NCBI GenBank assembly: GCA_021798735.1
Contig: JAJZCA010000001.1
Coordinates: 1-57,293 of the forward strand
DNA from: Acidobacteriota bacterium
GTDB lineage: Bacteria; Acidobacteriota; Terriglobia; Terriglobales; Acidobacteriaceae
Direction of reading: 5' to 3'
Length of the DNA: 57,293 nt
Part shown: positions 18,593-28,895 of the stretch, piece by piece
Layout of the letters: each line of letters begins with the position of its first letter
Position numbering within the stretch: the first letter of the stretch is position 1
Position numbers and translations under genes: made by a program
The notes under the pieces: generated by a model
What the model saw: the letters and a program-made list of their open reading frames with translations, nothing else
The model's database searches: none
What the model was told of the DNA's origin: nothing

Positions 18593-21500
18593 GTGCGATT
18601 TGTTGCACGAATCGGGGTTTGCGTCCTGGGGATTGGTTTGGCCACGGCGGCATTCGCTGCCGGTGTCGTGCGTCCTGTGCAAAAGTCGAAGGCAACGCAG
18701 AGAGACAGCGCTGGAACATCCGTTGCCGGCGAGGTTTTTTCGATTCAGAGGAGCCCCGCGTTTCTGCGGTATCGCGACCTAAAGACCTGGTATGGACTGC
18801 CTGTGCATGCGCTTGTGTTCAAAGGCGTGACGGAACAGGACCTGGGCGGCGTGAAAGAGAAGCTTGCCCTGCATTCGGGTGAGAGGCTGACGCAACAGAA
18901 TGTGAAGGAGAGCCTGCACGCTTTGTTCGCGACGGGCCTGTATCGCAGCATCATTGCCGAGGGAGTGGAAACGGGCGGCCAGGTCACGGTCACATTTCGC
19001 GGAATCCCGCAGCTCTTTCTACGCCGACTTTACATCCAGGGCATGAAGCAGGATACGCTCGCGGCACAAATCCAGCGAGCCACGCGTCTGGAGCTGGGAG
19101 AGCCGTTCACCGCACAGGAACTGGACCAGGCCACCGAGCATTTGCGGCAGGCGCTTGAACGGAATGGATTTTATGTTCCCGCAGTTGCGGTCAAGACGGT
19201 GCCGGCGGGCGCTCGCCATCTGGTGGATGTGATTTATACGGTGAATGCAGGTCGACAGGCCAAGGTGGGCAAAGTGGAAGCCACGGGGACGACGGCCATG
19301 ACGGATGCGAAGTTTCGCAAGATCGCGAAGTTAAAGCAAGGATCCACGGTGACGGCGAACACGGTGTCGAGGGCACTGACGAGATTGAGAAAACAGTATC
19401 AAAAGCAAAACAGGCTGGAGGCGACGGTTCGGGCGGGCCCAGAGACTTTCAACGCGTCTACAAATGCGGTGAATTTTCGTTTTCAGGTGAGTCGAGGCCC
19501 GGAGGTGAGGATCAGCGCCACGGGGGCGAAGATTTCGAAGCGCGATCTGAAGCAGCTGATTCCTGTTTATGACGAGGGCGCAGTCGATCCGGACCTGCTA
19601 GACGAGGGCGACGGCAATCTGCGCGATTATTTTCAAAAGAAAGGCTACTTCGACGTGCATGTTACCCATGCAGTGGAACAGCCTGGGCAGAATGAAGAAA
19701 ACATCCTTTACAAGATCGTTCCTGGAACCCTGCATAAGGTGGTGTCGGTCAAGGCGACCGGCAATCATTATTTCGATCGCGACATCATTAAAGAGCGGTT
19801 GAGCGTATTGGCCGCCGATCATGTCAACTCGCACGGCATTTATAGTCAACAGTTGTTGTCGCAGGATGTTGCCGCAATTCAAGCGTTGTACAAGAGCAAT
19901 GGCTTCGGCAACGTCAATGTCACTCCGGTGGTCGCCGACTCGGACACAGAGGCTGGTGGCGTGAAGCCCAAGGTGGCGATTATCCACGTGACCTACGAAA
20001 TTCACGAAGGTGTGCAGCAGAAGATTGGAAGAGTGCAACTGATCGGGGTCGAGAAGGTTTCAAAGGCCACATTGCTGGCGCAAATGAATACATTGTCCGG
20101 CGAACCGTATTCGCTGACAACGCTGACCGGGGACCGACTGCAGTTATTCGATTATTATTACCGGCACGGATTTTCCCAGGTGGAACTTGAATTTGAGCAG
20201 CATCCGGATCCAGCAGATCCGAACCGAATCGACATCGATGTGCGCGTGCATGAGGGAGATCCCTTCTACGTGAGTCATGTTTTGATCAGCGGGCTGCATT
20301 ACACCAAGCCTCAGGTGGTCGATAAGTTGCTGGAGGTCCATCCCGGCGATCCGTTGAACCGCAACGCGATTCTGGATACGCAACGGCGACTCTACAATCT
20401 GGCACTGTTCAGCGAGGTCGATACCGGCATCGTGAACCCGCGCGGGACGCAGCCGCGCAAAGATGTTCTGGTGAATCTGACCGAGGCGCATCGCTGGAAC
20501 TACGACTACGGCTTTGGCTTCGAAGTGCAGACGGGCAATCCGCAAACGAATTGCCCGTCGCCAGCATCGCTGATCGAGTTGGGCGTGGCCCATCCGAATT
20601 CGTATGTGTGCAGCCCCAATGGCAAGTTTGGGGTCAGTCCGCGTATTTCCTTCGATGTGAGCCGCATCAACCTGGGCGGCCGGGACCGCACGCTCAGCCT
20701 GCAGACCGCGTATGGCACGCTGGAACAGCAGGCGATCATGACGTACGACTATCCCAAATTCCGCGATCACAAGACGATCGATTTTTCGATCTCCGGCGGC
20801 TACGTCAGCAACCAGAATGTGACGACGTATGAGGCTTCGACACTGAGCGGGTCGGTGGTATTTACGGAGCGGCCCAACAAGGCGAACACGCTGATCTATT
20901 CGATGACCTACCGGTATGTCTACGTCAATCCCAGCAGCCTGCAGGTGAGCGCGGAACTGATTCCGCTGCTGTCGCAGCCCACGCGGGTCAGCGGCCCGGG
21001 CATTACCTGGGTGCATGACACACGCAACAATCCGCTGGATGCCACCAGCGGCTGGTATCTTTCCGCGCAGCAATTCTTCGCCTGGGAGGGGTTCGCGTCG
21101 CAAGCGAACTTCAATCGAATGGACATCACGGAGTCGAACTTTTACCGGCTGAACAAACAAAACTGGGTTTTGGCGCGGAGCACTCGCGTCGCTTTTGAGA
21201 ATACCTATGGGAGTTCCGCGTATAGCCTGATCCCACTGCCGGAGCGTCTTTATGCGGGCGGCGCCACCTCGCATAGAGGATTCTCCATCAACGCGGCGGG
21301 TCCGCGAGATTTACAGACTGGTTTCCCGGTGGGCGGTTCAGGAGCGTTCGTGAACAGTACGGAGTTGCGCATTCCTCCGGTGCCGTTGCCACTGATTGGG
21401 GACAATCTTGGATTCGTCGTATTTGAGGATCTAGGCAACGTGTATGAAAATGCTTCGGGTATTTTTCCGTCGCTGTTACGGTTTTATCAACCGAATGTAA

Positions 21501-21760
21501 AGACCTGTTACAACCTGGTCGGCCCGGAGGGGACCTGCAACTTCAATTACGATTCGCAAGCCGCCGGCCTGGGTTTGCGCTATAAGACGCCGGTGGGCCC
21601 GATTCGGTTGGACTTCAGCTATAACATGAATCCAACGGTGTATCCCGTGGTGAGCGATCCGTCGCTGGCGCCGGCAGTGTTGGACTACAACGTTCAGCCG
21701 CCGTATGTTGGAAACTCCGGTCACTTCAACTTTTTCTTCAGCATCGGACAGGCGTTTTGA
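18593..21760 (+). CDS. bamA: Outer membrane protein assembly factor BamA (multi-POTRA, enlarged)
   Basis: POTRA-like repeats ('V..I...G........I') are followed by an Omp85 barrel ('RLYAGGATSHRGF', terminal '...FFFSIGQAF'). The ORF opens at 18329. I prefer in-frame GTG 18593, which gives the signal peptide 'VRFVARIGVCVLGIGLATAAFA|AG'. The start is uncertain. Confidence 0.85.
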   Translation: MRFVARIGVCVLGIGLATAAFAAGVVRPVQKSKATQRDSAGTSVAGEVFSIQRSPAFLRYRDLKTWYGLPVHALVFKGVTEQDLGGVKEKLALHSGERLTQQNVKESLHALFATGLYRSIIAEGVETGGQVTVTFRGIPQLFLRRLYIQGMKQDTLAAQIQRATRLELGEPFTAQELDQATEHLRQALERNGFYVPAVAVKTVPAGARHLVDVIYTVNAGRQAKVGKVEATGTTAMTDAKFRKIAKLKQGSTVTANTVSRALTRLRKQYQKQNRLEATVRAGPETFNASTNAVNFRFQVSRGPEVRISATGAKISKRDLKQLIPVYDEGAVDPDLLDEGDGNLRDYFQKKGYFDVHVTHAVEQPGQNEENILYKIVPGTLHKVVSVKATGNHYFDRDIIKERLSVLAADHVNSHGIYSQQLLSQDVAAIQALYKSNGFGNVNVTPVVADSDTEAGGVKPKVAIIHVTYEIHEGVQQKIGRVQLIGVEKVSKATLLAQMNTLSGEPYSLTTLTGDRLQLFDYYYRHGFSQVELEFEQHPDPADPNRIDIDVRVHEGDPFYVSHVLISGLHYTKPQVVDKLLEVHPGDPLNRNAILDTQRRLYNLALFSEVDTGIVNPRGTQPRKDVLVNLTEAHRWNYDYGFGFEVQTGNPQTNCPSPASLIELGVAHPNSYVCSPNGKFGVSPRISFDVSRINLGGRDRTLSLQTAYGTLEQQAIMTYDYPKFRDHKTIDFSISGGYVSNQNVTTYEASTLSGSVVFTERPNKANTLIYSMTYRYVYVNPSSLQVSAELIPLLSQPTRVSGPGITWVHDTRNNPLDATSGWYLSAQQFFAWEGFASQANFNRMDITESNFYRLNKQNWVLARSTRVAFENTYGSSAYSLIPLPERLYAGGATSHRGFSINAAGPRDLQTGFPVGGSGAFVNSTELRIPPVPLPLIGDNLGFVVFEDLGNVYENASGIFPSLLRFYQPNVKTCYNLVGPEGTCNFNYDSQAAGLGLRYKTPVGPIRLDFSYNMNPTVYPVVSDPSLAPAVLDYNVQPPYVGNSGHFNFFFSIGQAF

Positions 21761-22584
21761 TGAACGGCGCCGCCAATTCGAACATCAAGATCCGGCCTCG
21801 GCTGCGATATGCGGCACAAAGGAGGACACGAACCGTTACGGAGGGGCTGGCCTTGCTGGGTTGGCTGCTTTGCTCCTGGATCTGCGTCGGGCTTTATACG
21901 CGGGCGCAGGCCGCGGTTCCGCAGCGGATCGCGGTGCTGGATCGCGTGGTGGCCGATGTGGATGGGCAGGCGATTCTGGCCAGCGATGTGGATGACGAAA
22001 TGCGTTTCTCCGCGCTGCAGCCGGGCTTTGAACCGCCGGAGGACAACACTCCGCAGCGGGCGCTGAACCGAGTGATAGATCGCACTTTGATTGACCAGCA
22101 GCGGGCCCTGCAGCCAGGGATGGCTGTGGTGTCGCAGAAGGATGTGGACGAGGCGGTCGCAGAAATGCGGAAGCAAATTTCTGCCACTACAAAGACGGAT
22201 TGCAAGACCGATGCGGGATGGAAGGCATTCCTGGCGCAGCATGGCTTTACGCCGGCTGAAGTTGAAGATCGCATGCACGAACGGCTGGCGATCCTGAAAT
22301 TTATCGATGTTCGGTTTGGGGTAGCGGTGCAGGTGTCGAATGCCGCCGTCAGAAATTACTATGAGCAAGTGTTGACGCCGGAACTGAAAAGAGACAAAGC
22401 GCCGGTGCCGGAACTGAGAGCCGTTGCGCCACGCATCCGCGAGATCCTTCGGCAACAGCAAGTCAGCAGCATGATCGACGAGTGGCTGAAAAGCCTGCGT
22501 GCCGAGAGGCAGGTACAGATTCTGGATTCTGCGTATGCGGAAGCTCACAGCGATCGCGGCGGAAACAAGGAAGGCGGCCAATGA
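21760..22584 (+). CDS. SurA N-terminal-domain-like periplasmic chaperone (no obvious PPIase domain)
   Basis: Signal peptide 'LALLGWLLCSWICVGLYTRAQA'. 'DRVVADVDGQAILASDVDDE' and 'ALNRVIDRTLIDQQ' resemble the SurA_N domain. The ATG overlaps the bamA stop (TGATG). Confidence 0.65.
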   Translation: MNGAANSNIKIRPRLRYAAQRRTRTVTEGLALLGWLLCSWICVGLYTRAQAAVPQRIAVLDRVVADVDGQAILASDVDDEMRFSALQPGFEPPEDNTPQRALNRVIDRTLIDQQRALQPGMAVVSQKDVDEAVAEMRKQISATTKTDCKTDAGWKAFLAQHGFTPAEVEDRMHERLAILKFIDVRFGVAVQVSNAAVRNYYEQVLTPELKRDKAPVPELRAVAPRIREILRQQQVSSMIDEWLKSLRAERQVQILDSAYAEAHSDRGGNKEGGQ

Positions 22585-25500
22585 CGGAGGACGCCTCGAC
22601 AACCAAGCGACGATCACGCTGGCGGTGGGTGGCCTACGCCGGTGCGGCCTCGTTGTTATTGGTGGTCTTCCTGGCAGCATCCCTGGCTTGGTACGCTTCC
22701 ACTCCGAGATTCACCGCGCGAGTTCATCAGGCTGTCGTAAATGTGCTGGAACGCGCCACCGGTGGCCGTGTGGAGATGGGTTCGTTCCGATGGAGCGTGC
22801 GCAATTTCACTGTCGAAGTGGATGACCTGACGATCCATGGTAAAGAAGGACCGGGCGAAGTCCCCTATTTGCACGTACGCCATCTGGTGCTGGATGCCAG
22901 CCTGCTCACTTTCCTGACTCCCAAGATTCGCCTGACCAGTCTGACGGCGGTGAGCCCGACCCTGCACCTGATTGTGTTGCCGGATGGAACGACGAACCAG
23001 CCGCAGCCTCGCGTGGCGAGCCGTGAGCCATTGCCGCAGACGTTGCTGAGCATGGCCATTGAGCAGACACGAATTCAGGACGGTTGGCTGCTGGTGAACG
23101 ATCGCAAGGTTCCATTCGAGATGGCGGCTGGACCGATGCACATGATCATGCGGTACATGCCCCAGCAGACGGCCTATCAGGCAATGCTGGACACACAAAA
23201 TATTACATTTCGGCTGAAGAATTCGACCGAGACACATTCCAGGCTGCAGGTCAGCTTGCATCTGGCGCAGGATTTCGTCAGGATCGACAGCCTGCATCTA
23301 CAGACAGGCGATTCGCACCTGATGGCGACGGGGGAAGTGCGGGATTTTGCTGCTCCGAACTGGAAGGCAAATGTGTGGGGCTTTGTAGATGCACGTGAGG
23401 CAGGGGCCATGATGGGAGAAGACGAGCTGCGCAACGGGAAGGCACAGCTTTCGATCGAAGCCCACGGGACGGCAGACGGAATGTTTCAGGTATCGGGCCA
23501 TGTCGATCTGCATTCCGGCGAATGGGAAGCTCCGTGGTTGCGGTTGCGCGATGTGGATCTGCATACCAATGTCAACGTCGATAACGATACATGTTCTTTT
23601 ACGGATTTTTCTTCCGTACTGGAGGACCAGGGAAAAATCTCGGGAAGCATGGTGTTGCGGCATTGCATAGGGCCGTCGACGCCGGTGACTGCCCCAGGTG
23701 CCAAGAAAACCGCTCCGCCGCCAGAAGCCCGGCATGGACGACTAAGCCCGCGCAAGTTGCTGGAGCGTTTGCACAGGGAGTTCGAGAAAAAGACGGTCGA
23801 GCCGGGCGAGAGAAAATATCAGCCGCTGCAGGCCGACATCGAGGCGCAGGTTTCCGATGTGACATTGCCTTTGATTCTGAAGGCGACCGCGCCCAGGGCG
23901 GAGTGGAACATAGGATTCACGACCGCGGCCTCCGGCAAGGTGACGGTGCGCTGGACGGGGAATGGAAACGGTCTGGATGTGCATGGAGACCTGATGTTGA
24001 GCGTGCCGCGACGAACGCTGGGTCTGGTACCGGTTAGCGGTCCCGCACATGCGGATTATCTTGGCGACTATCGCCATCTTGTGATTCAAGACGCCAATCT
24101 GCATACGCCGGCAACCCAGGTACATGGCTCGGGTACGCTGGATCTGCTGGACCAGGATTTGCATAGCGCACTGCGGCTGGAAGTGGTGGGACGGGATCTG
24201 GGCGAGTTCGACCAACTCCTGGCGATTACAGATTTGAGGGCCACGCCCGCAGGCTCGCCGCACGCGCTGCCGTTGAAGCTGCTGGGAGCCGCGACTTTCC
24301 ACGGGGAGGTTCATGGTTCTTTTTTCGCGCTGGAAGCGGTGGGACATCTGGATTCTGGGCCGTTTGAGATGGTGGTGGCGCGGGCTGAGCCCGAGACTTC
24401 CGGTTCCACTCGGCCGCCGCCGGAGTTGCTGACATGGGACCAGTTTCACGGCGACATCTCGTATGCTCCGGCCCGGCTGATTCTGCGGAATGGGGAACTG
24501 GTGCGTGGCGATGCCGTGATTCATGCCGCGCTGGATCTGTCGCCGGATCGCACGGCGCCGGATACATATACCTACAACAAGCACACCCAGGTGACTGCGA
24601 CCCTGCAGTCGACGAACGTTTCCTTGGCTGACTTGCAGTCGGTTGTCGGTACCTCGTATCCCCTGTCGGGAACTCTGGAAGCGCATGCGCATGTTACGGG
24701 GACGATGGACGACCTGGAAGGCTCCGGGCAGGTGATGCTGAGCCGCGCTATCGCATACGGTCAGGCGATTCCGATGGCGACTGTCGTGCTTTCCGCGCAG
24801 GGACACCTGTTGCAGGCGACTCATGTTCGGCTGGCCACTGCCGGTGGAGTTGCGATTGGGGAACTCCAGTACGATGACTCGACGGGCGCGCTGCAAGGAG
24901 AGATGATCGGGCACGACTTCGAGCTGTCGAAGATAGAGTTTTTTGAGAACTCGCTTCTGCGGGCCGATGGCAGCATGGGGATTCGGCTTCACGTGGAAGG
25001 GACGCCGGCCACTCCGCTGGCCAGCGCCGAGATGCAGATCGAAAACTTGACGCTGAACGGGCAGCCGATGGGGCGGCTGCATGCGGAGGCGAATGTTCAG
25101 CATGGACTGCTGTCCTTGACTTCGCGGGCGGAGCTGTTCCAGACGCACATGGATCTGGCTGGCCAGGTTCAACTGAGCGGGAAATATCCGGCCCAGATGG
25201 AGTTGACATTCGCGGGTTTCAATATTGACCCGCTGCTGCGCATGGTGAGTTCTTCCGATGTCAGCGGAAAATCGTCCATGGAAGGGAAGATCACGATGTC
25301 CGGACCGCTGGGGGAGCCATCGCAGATCCAGGCGGACGCAGACCTGAAATCATTTGCCGCCATAATCGGTGGTTTGCCGATTCATTCGCAAGGTCCGTTA
25401 CAGGCCTCGTTGCGCGATGGGAAATTGCAACTGCAACAAGTACATATCCAAGGCACGAACATGGATTTTGTTGCCGGCGGGACCATCGACCTGTTGAAGG

Positions 25501-26780
25501 AATACGCACTGCGTCTGCATTCCGAGGGGACAATCGATGCAGCCCTGGCTTCGGCGATGAACAAGGACATCGAGTCTTCCGGCCAGGTGAAATTTGTGGT
25601 GAACGCGCGCGGAACAGCTCACAAGCCGGACCTGCGCGGCCGCGCCGAGTTGAGTCACATCAATCTGCACATGGTGAACCTCACCAATGGCCTGACCGAC
25701 ATGAACGGCACGATGGCGTTCGATCAGAACCGCCTGGTAGTGCAGCAGTTGAAGGGCTCTTCAGGCGGCGGGGATTTGGAGGTGAAGGGATTCGTCGGTT
25801 ATCAGAATGGAATTTTCGTCGATTTGACGACGACGACGCAGCACGTTCGGATTCGCTATCCCAAGGGAGTTTCCAGTTCTGTGGATGCGAAATTGCGCTT
25901 GCTGGGGAACCTGGACAGCCTGCTGGTGAGCGGGAATCTGGAATTGATGCGTTTTGGCATCGACAGCAACGTGGACCTGGCTTCGCTGGCGACCGGCGGA
26001 GGCGGGGTTTCGGCTCCGATCGATCCAAGTTCGCCAATGAACCGCGTGCACCTCGACGTTCATGTCACTTCTGCGCCGGAACTTGGATTCCAGAACTCCT
26101 TCGCCGCGCTGGCAGGCGATGTAAACCTGCGCCTTCGAGGCACGCTGGAAAATCCTTCAGTACTGGGGCGGATCGACATCACCGAGGGTTCCGCTTCGTT
26201 TGCTGGAACAAAATATAGCCTGCAGCAGGGCGACATTATATTTGCCAACCCGGTGACCATCTCTCCGGAGATCGATCTGGAAGCCTCGGCGAGGGTGCAG
26301 GACTACGACATCATCATCAGCTTGCATGGGCCGCCGAATAAGCTGGAGATTTCCTATCGCTCCGAACCTCCTCTGACGCAGGCCGATGTGCTGGCTCTGC
26401 TGGCATTGGGGCGTACGAATGAGGAGGCGGCGATGTATGGGGAGCAACAGCAGGCGGGTGCCAACCTGACGACAGAAGCCCTGCTGGGAGGGGCGCTGAA
26501 TGCGGCTGTGAGCAGCCGGGTGCAAAAATTGTTCGGTGTAGGCAGCGTGCGTGTCGACCCCAACTTTGTGGGCACCCTGGGTGAGTCTACGGCCCGCATT
26601 ACCGTCGAACAGCAGGTGGGACGAAATTTGACGTTTACCTTTGCCACCAACGTGAACACCACCGCAGAGCAGTTGATCCAGGGGCAACTGGATTTGACCC
26701 ACAATGTTTCCATTATTGCGGTACGCGACGAGGCCAACGTTTTCAGCATGTATCTGCAGATTCGCGGGCGGCATAGATGA
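22581..26780 (+). CDS. tamB: Translocation and assembly module protein TamB (DUF490 C-terminus)
   Basis: 1399 aa. N-terminal anchor 'WRWVAYAGAASLLLVVFLAASLAWY', long beta-rich repeats, and a C-terminal 'ISYRSEPPLTQADVLALLALGRT...' DUF490-like block. The start ATG 22581 overlaps the upstream stop (ATGA). Confidence 0.85.
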   Translation: MTEDASTTKRRSRWRWVAYAGAASLLLVVFLAASLAWYASTPRFTARVHQAVVNVLERATGGRVEMGSFRWSVRNFTVEVDDLTIHGKEGPGEVPYLHVRHLVLDASLLTFLTPKIRLTSLTAVSPTLHLIVLPDGTTNQPQPRVASREPLPQTLLSMAIEQTRIQDGWLLVNDRKVPFEMAAGPMHMIMRYMPQQTAYQAMLDTQNITFRLKNSTETHSRLQVSLHLAQDFVRIDSLHLQTGDSHLMATGEVRDFAAPNWKANVWGFVDAREAGAMMGEDELRNGKAQLSIEAHGTADGMFQVSGHVDLHSGEWEAPWLRLRDVDLHTNVNVDNDTCSFTDFSSVLEDQGKISGSMVLRHCIGPSTPVTAPGAKKTAPPPEARHGRLSPRKLLERLHREFEKKTVEPGERKYQPLQADIEAQVSDVTLPLILKATAPRAEWNIGFTTAASGKVTVRWTGNGNGLDVHGDLMLSVPRRTLGLVPVSGPAHADYLGDYRHLVIQDANLHTPATQVHGSGTLDLLDQDLHSALRLEVVGRDLGEFDQLLAITDLRATPAGSPHALPLKLLGAATFHGEVHGSFFALEAVGHLDSGPFEMVVARAEPETSGSTRPPPELLTWDQFHGDISYAPARLILRNGELVRGDAVIHAALDLSPDRTAPDTYTYNKHTQVTATLQSTNVSLADLQSVVGTSYPLSGTLEAHAHVTGTMDDLEGSGQVMLSRAIAYGQAIPMATVVLSAQGHLLQATHVRLATAGGVAIGELQYDDSTGALQGEMIGHDFELSKIEFFENSLLRADGSMGIRLHVEGTPATPLASAEMQIENLTLNGQPMGRLHAEANVQHGLLSLTSRAELFQTHMDLAGQVQLSGKYPAQMELTFAGFNIDPLLRMVSSSDVSGKSSMEGKITMSGPLGEPSQIQADADLKSFAAIIGGLPIHSQGPLQASLRDGKLQLQQVHIQGTNMDFVAGGTIDLLKEYALRLHSEGTIDAALASAMNKDIESSGQVKFVVNARGTAHKPDLRGRAELSHINLHMVNLTNGLTDMNGTMAFDQNRLVVQQLKGSSGGGDLEVKGFVGYQNGIFVDLTTTTQHVRIRYPKGVSSSVDAKLRLLGNLDSLLVSGNLELMRFGIDSNVDLASLATGGGGVSAPIDPSSPMNRVHLDVHVTSAPELGFQNSFAALAGDVNLRLRGTLENPSVLGRIDITEGSASFAGTKYSLQQGDIIFANPVTISPEIDLEASARVQDYDIIISLHGPPNKLEISYRSEPPLTQADVLALLALGRTNEEAAMYGEQQQAGANLTTEALLGGALNAAVSSRVQKLFGVGSVRVDPNFVGTLGESTARITVEQQVGRNLTFTFATNVNTTAEQLIQGQLDLTHNVSIIAVRDEANVFSMYLQIRGRHR

Positions 26781-26850
26781 AACTGGCGGACAGATCCGAC
26801 TGCGAACTAGCGATTCGCCGAATTCTCAATTTTTTTGATCGGAGGGAACT

Positions 26851-27675
26851 GTGAAGTTGGCTGTCACGATCGTGAAGGAAGCCGCAGGTCAGGCCCCGCT
26901 GGTTCTACGAGGAGACTATATAGACTCGATACAGAAGGCGGCGCAGATTGGATACGATGCGGTGGAACTGCATGTGCCGGATGCCGCGGAGGTCAACGTT
27001 GGTGAGGTTCGGGCGGCTTGCGAAGCGACGGGCGTGACCTTGTCTTCGATTGGTACGGGCCTTGCCCATGTGCGCGATGGTCTCAGTCTTACTAGCCGCG
27101 ATCAGGAAGTCAGGGGACGCGCCATTGCTCGACTACGGGGATTTATCGATCTCGGCGCGGAGTTCGGCAGTGTTGTGATTGTGGGGTTGATCAAGGGACT
27201 GGTCAAGGAGTCCGAAGGCCGTCTGGAGTATGAGCGGCACTTGACGGACGCCCTGGAGGTTTGTCTGCCGGTGGCCCGGAAATCGGGTGTGATGCTGGTG
27301 CTGGAGGCGATGAACCGTTATGAAAGCGACATTCTGAACACAGTTGAAGAATGTGTTCGTTACATCGAACGATTTGATTCCGAGCACTTGAAACTTCACA
27401 TCGACACCTATCACATGAATATCGAAGAGGACCAGATTGGCCGAAACATCGTCGCGGCAGGGCAGCACATTGGCCATGTACATATCGCCGACAGCAATCG
27501 GGAGCGCCCGGGACTGGGTCATTATGATTTCCTGGAAACGATGGCTGCTTTGAAGACCGTGGGGTATCGGGGGGCTTTGGCGGTGGAGTGTCTAGCGAAG
27601 CCGACGCCGGAGCAGGCAGCCCGGGGAGCCCACGAATTCCTGCGGGCCGCGGTGACGAAAAACCCCGCAACCTAG
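26851..27675 (+). CDS. Sugar phosphate isomerase/epimerase (xylose isomerase-like TIM barrel)
   Basis: GTG start. 'YDAVELHV', 'LVLEAMNRYESD', 'LHIDTYHMNIEE' and 'HVHIADSNR' are metal-ligand blocks typical of the AP_endonuc_2 fold. Confidence 0.8.
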   Translation: MKLAVTIVKEAAGQAPLVLRGDYIDSIQKAAQIGYDAVELHVPDAAEVNVGEVRAACEATGVTLSSIGTGLAHVRDGLSLTSRDQEVRGRAIARLRGFIDLGAEFGSVVIVGLIKGLVKESEGRLEYERHLTDALEVCLPVARKSGVMLVLEAMNRYESDILNTVEECVRYIERFDSEHLKLHIDTYHMNIEEDQIGRNIVAAGQHIGHVHIADSNRERPGLGHYDFLETMAALKTVGYRGALAVECLAKPTPEQAARGAHEFLRAAVTKNPAT

Positions 27676-27863
27676 AGCGGAAACCTGGGTTCAAGCAGGG
27701 AGGGGATTGTATCCTCTTGGACGTTTCCTGCGTCTATGTAGTCAGCGGCCCGGAGCCGAAGGGTTTGGATGGCGTTCTGCCGGGCGGGGACTTGGATGTA
27801 GAGGCGCGATCGTTGCCGGCAAAGTGGGGGACGTAGGGCAGAGTGTAGAAGGAGAGGGCAGCA

Positions 27864-28673
27864 ATGCAGAGCAAAGCGATTGTATCCAGTCTGTTGATTG
27901 CGGTTTGTTGTGTGGGAATAGCAGGGGTGGGAACAACGGCGCTGATGGGTCCCTCGGGCTGCGTGTTCGCTGCGGATCACGGGGTCTCGGACTCGCAGTT
28001 GGCCCGTGCGGTGAGGGGCCAACTGAAAGGCAAGTACTTTCGGGATGTGACCGTGATAGTACGAGACGGAATTGCGACTCTTTCCGGGCAGGTGAGCCTC
28101 TACGCGTATAAGCCGCAGGCGGTCATGAAAGCGAGAAAAACGCATGGCATTAAAGCAGTGCGGGACAACATTGCCGTAGGCGGCCCAACGATTCCGGACA
28201 ACGTCATGCAAAGAGATTTGTTGAAAAGGATCGAGGTGGACCGCGAGGGTTATGGCGAGGTGTTCGACGCCATTTCCGTGAGCGTGCAGAACGGGGTGGT
28301 GACGCTGGGTGGCCACGCGCTTGGGCCTATCACGCAACAGTCTGCGGTGACGTTGACGGAATATACGCCGGGCGTGAAGGAAGTGATCAACAAGATCAGC
28401 ATCGACCCGATCTCGCAGTTCGACGATCAAATCCGGGTCGCGACGTTTCACGCGATTTATGGATACCCGCCGCTACAACAATACGCGATTGTTCCGTGGC
28501 GGCCGATTCGCATTTCGGTGCAGAACAGCAATGTGACGTTGTACGGGGTCGTGGATACCGAGATGGACAAGCAGTTGGCGTACATGCAGGCAATGCGGGT
28601 CCCGAACGTTTTCCACGTTACGGACGATCTGGTCGTTGGCAATGAGAACCAGGAAAAGAGCAAAAAGAAATAG
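27864..28673 (+). CDS. BON-domain (x3) periplasmic protein
   Basis: Signal peptide. There are three repeats of the BON pattern ('V.V.V.DG.ATLSG.V', 'ISVSVQNGVVTLGGH', 'IRISVQNSNVTLYGVV'). Confidence 0.8.
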   Translation: MQSKAIVSSLLIAVCCVGIAGVGTTALMGPSGCVFAADHGVSDSQLARAVRGQLKGKYFRDVTVIVRDGIATLSGQVSLYAYKPQAVMKARKTHGIKAVRDNIAVGGPTIPDNVMQRDLLKRIEVDREGYGEVFDAISVSVQNGVVTLGGHALGPITQQSAVTLTEYTPGVKEVINKISIDPISQFDDQIRVATFHAIYGYPPLQQYAIVPWRPIRISVQNSNVTLYGVVDTEMDKQLAYMQAMRVPNVFHVTDDLVVGNENQEKSKKK

Positions 28674-28697
28674 GGCGGGATTAGATCGGCAGAAAGT

Positions 28698-28741
28698 ACA
28701 ACGGCGCAACTTTCCAAGTGGAAGGTTGCGCCGTTGTTTTT
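28698..28741 (+). terminator. Rho-independent terminator after the BON-domain gene
   Basis: Perfect 13-bp stem 'ACAACGGCGCAAC' / 'GTTGCGCCGTTGT' with a 14-nt loop, running into 'TTTTT'. Confidence 0.75.
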
Positions 28742-28825
28742 GCGGGCTGCATTGGAACTTTGCGCTGCGTTAGAGAAAAACCAGAATTACTGTGGGGTGG
28801 ACAGACAAGCAGGGCCCTCGACTGT

Positions 28826-28863
28826 GTTCTTGCTTCGCAAAGACTTCGCTCGGGATGACAACC
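28826..28863. repeat. Family-1-related repeat fragment (GTCATCCCGAGCGAAG core, minus orientation)
   Basis: '...CTTCGCTCGGGATGACAACC' is the reverse complement of 'GGTTGTCATCCCGAGCGAAG'. This is the same core as at 35985..36003 and 55990..56013. Confidence 0.5.
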
Positions 28864-28895
28864 CTTTTTTACCTTACAGTAATGCTGCGATTGTG

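Noticed and set aside
20144-25172. Long minus-strand ORFs 20144..21274, 21721..22680 and 23742..25172
   Set aside because: They are antisense to bamA, the surA-like gene and tamB respectively. The products are Arg/His/Gln-rich with no recognisable domains. They are GC-driven open frames.
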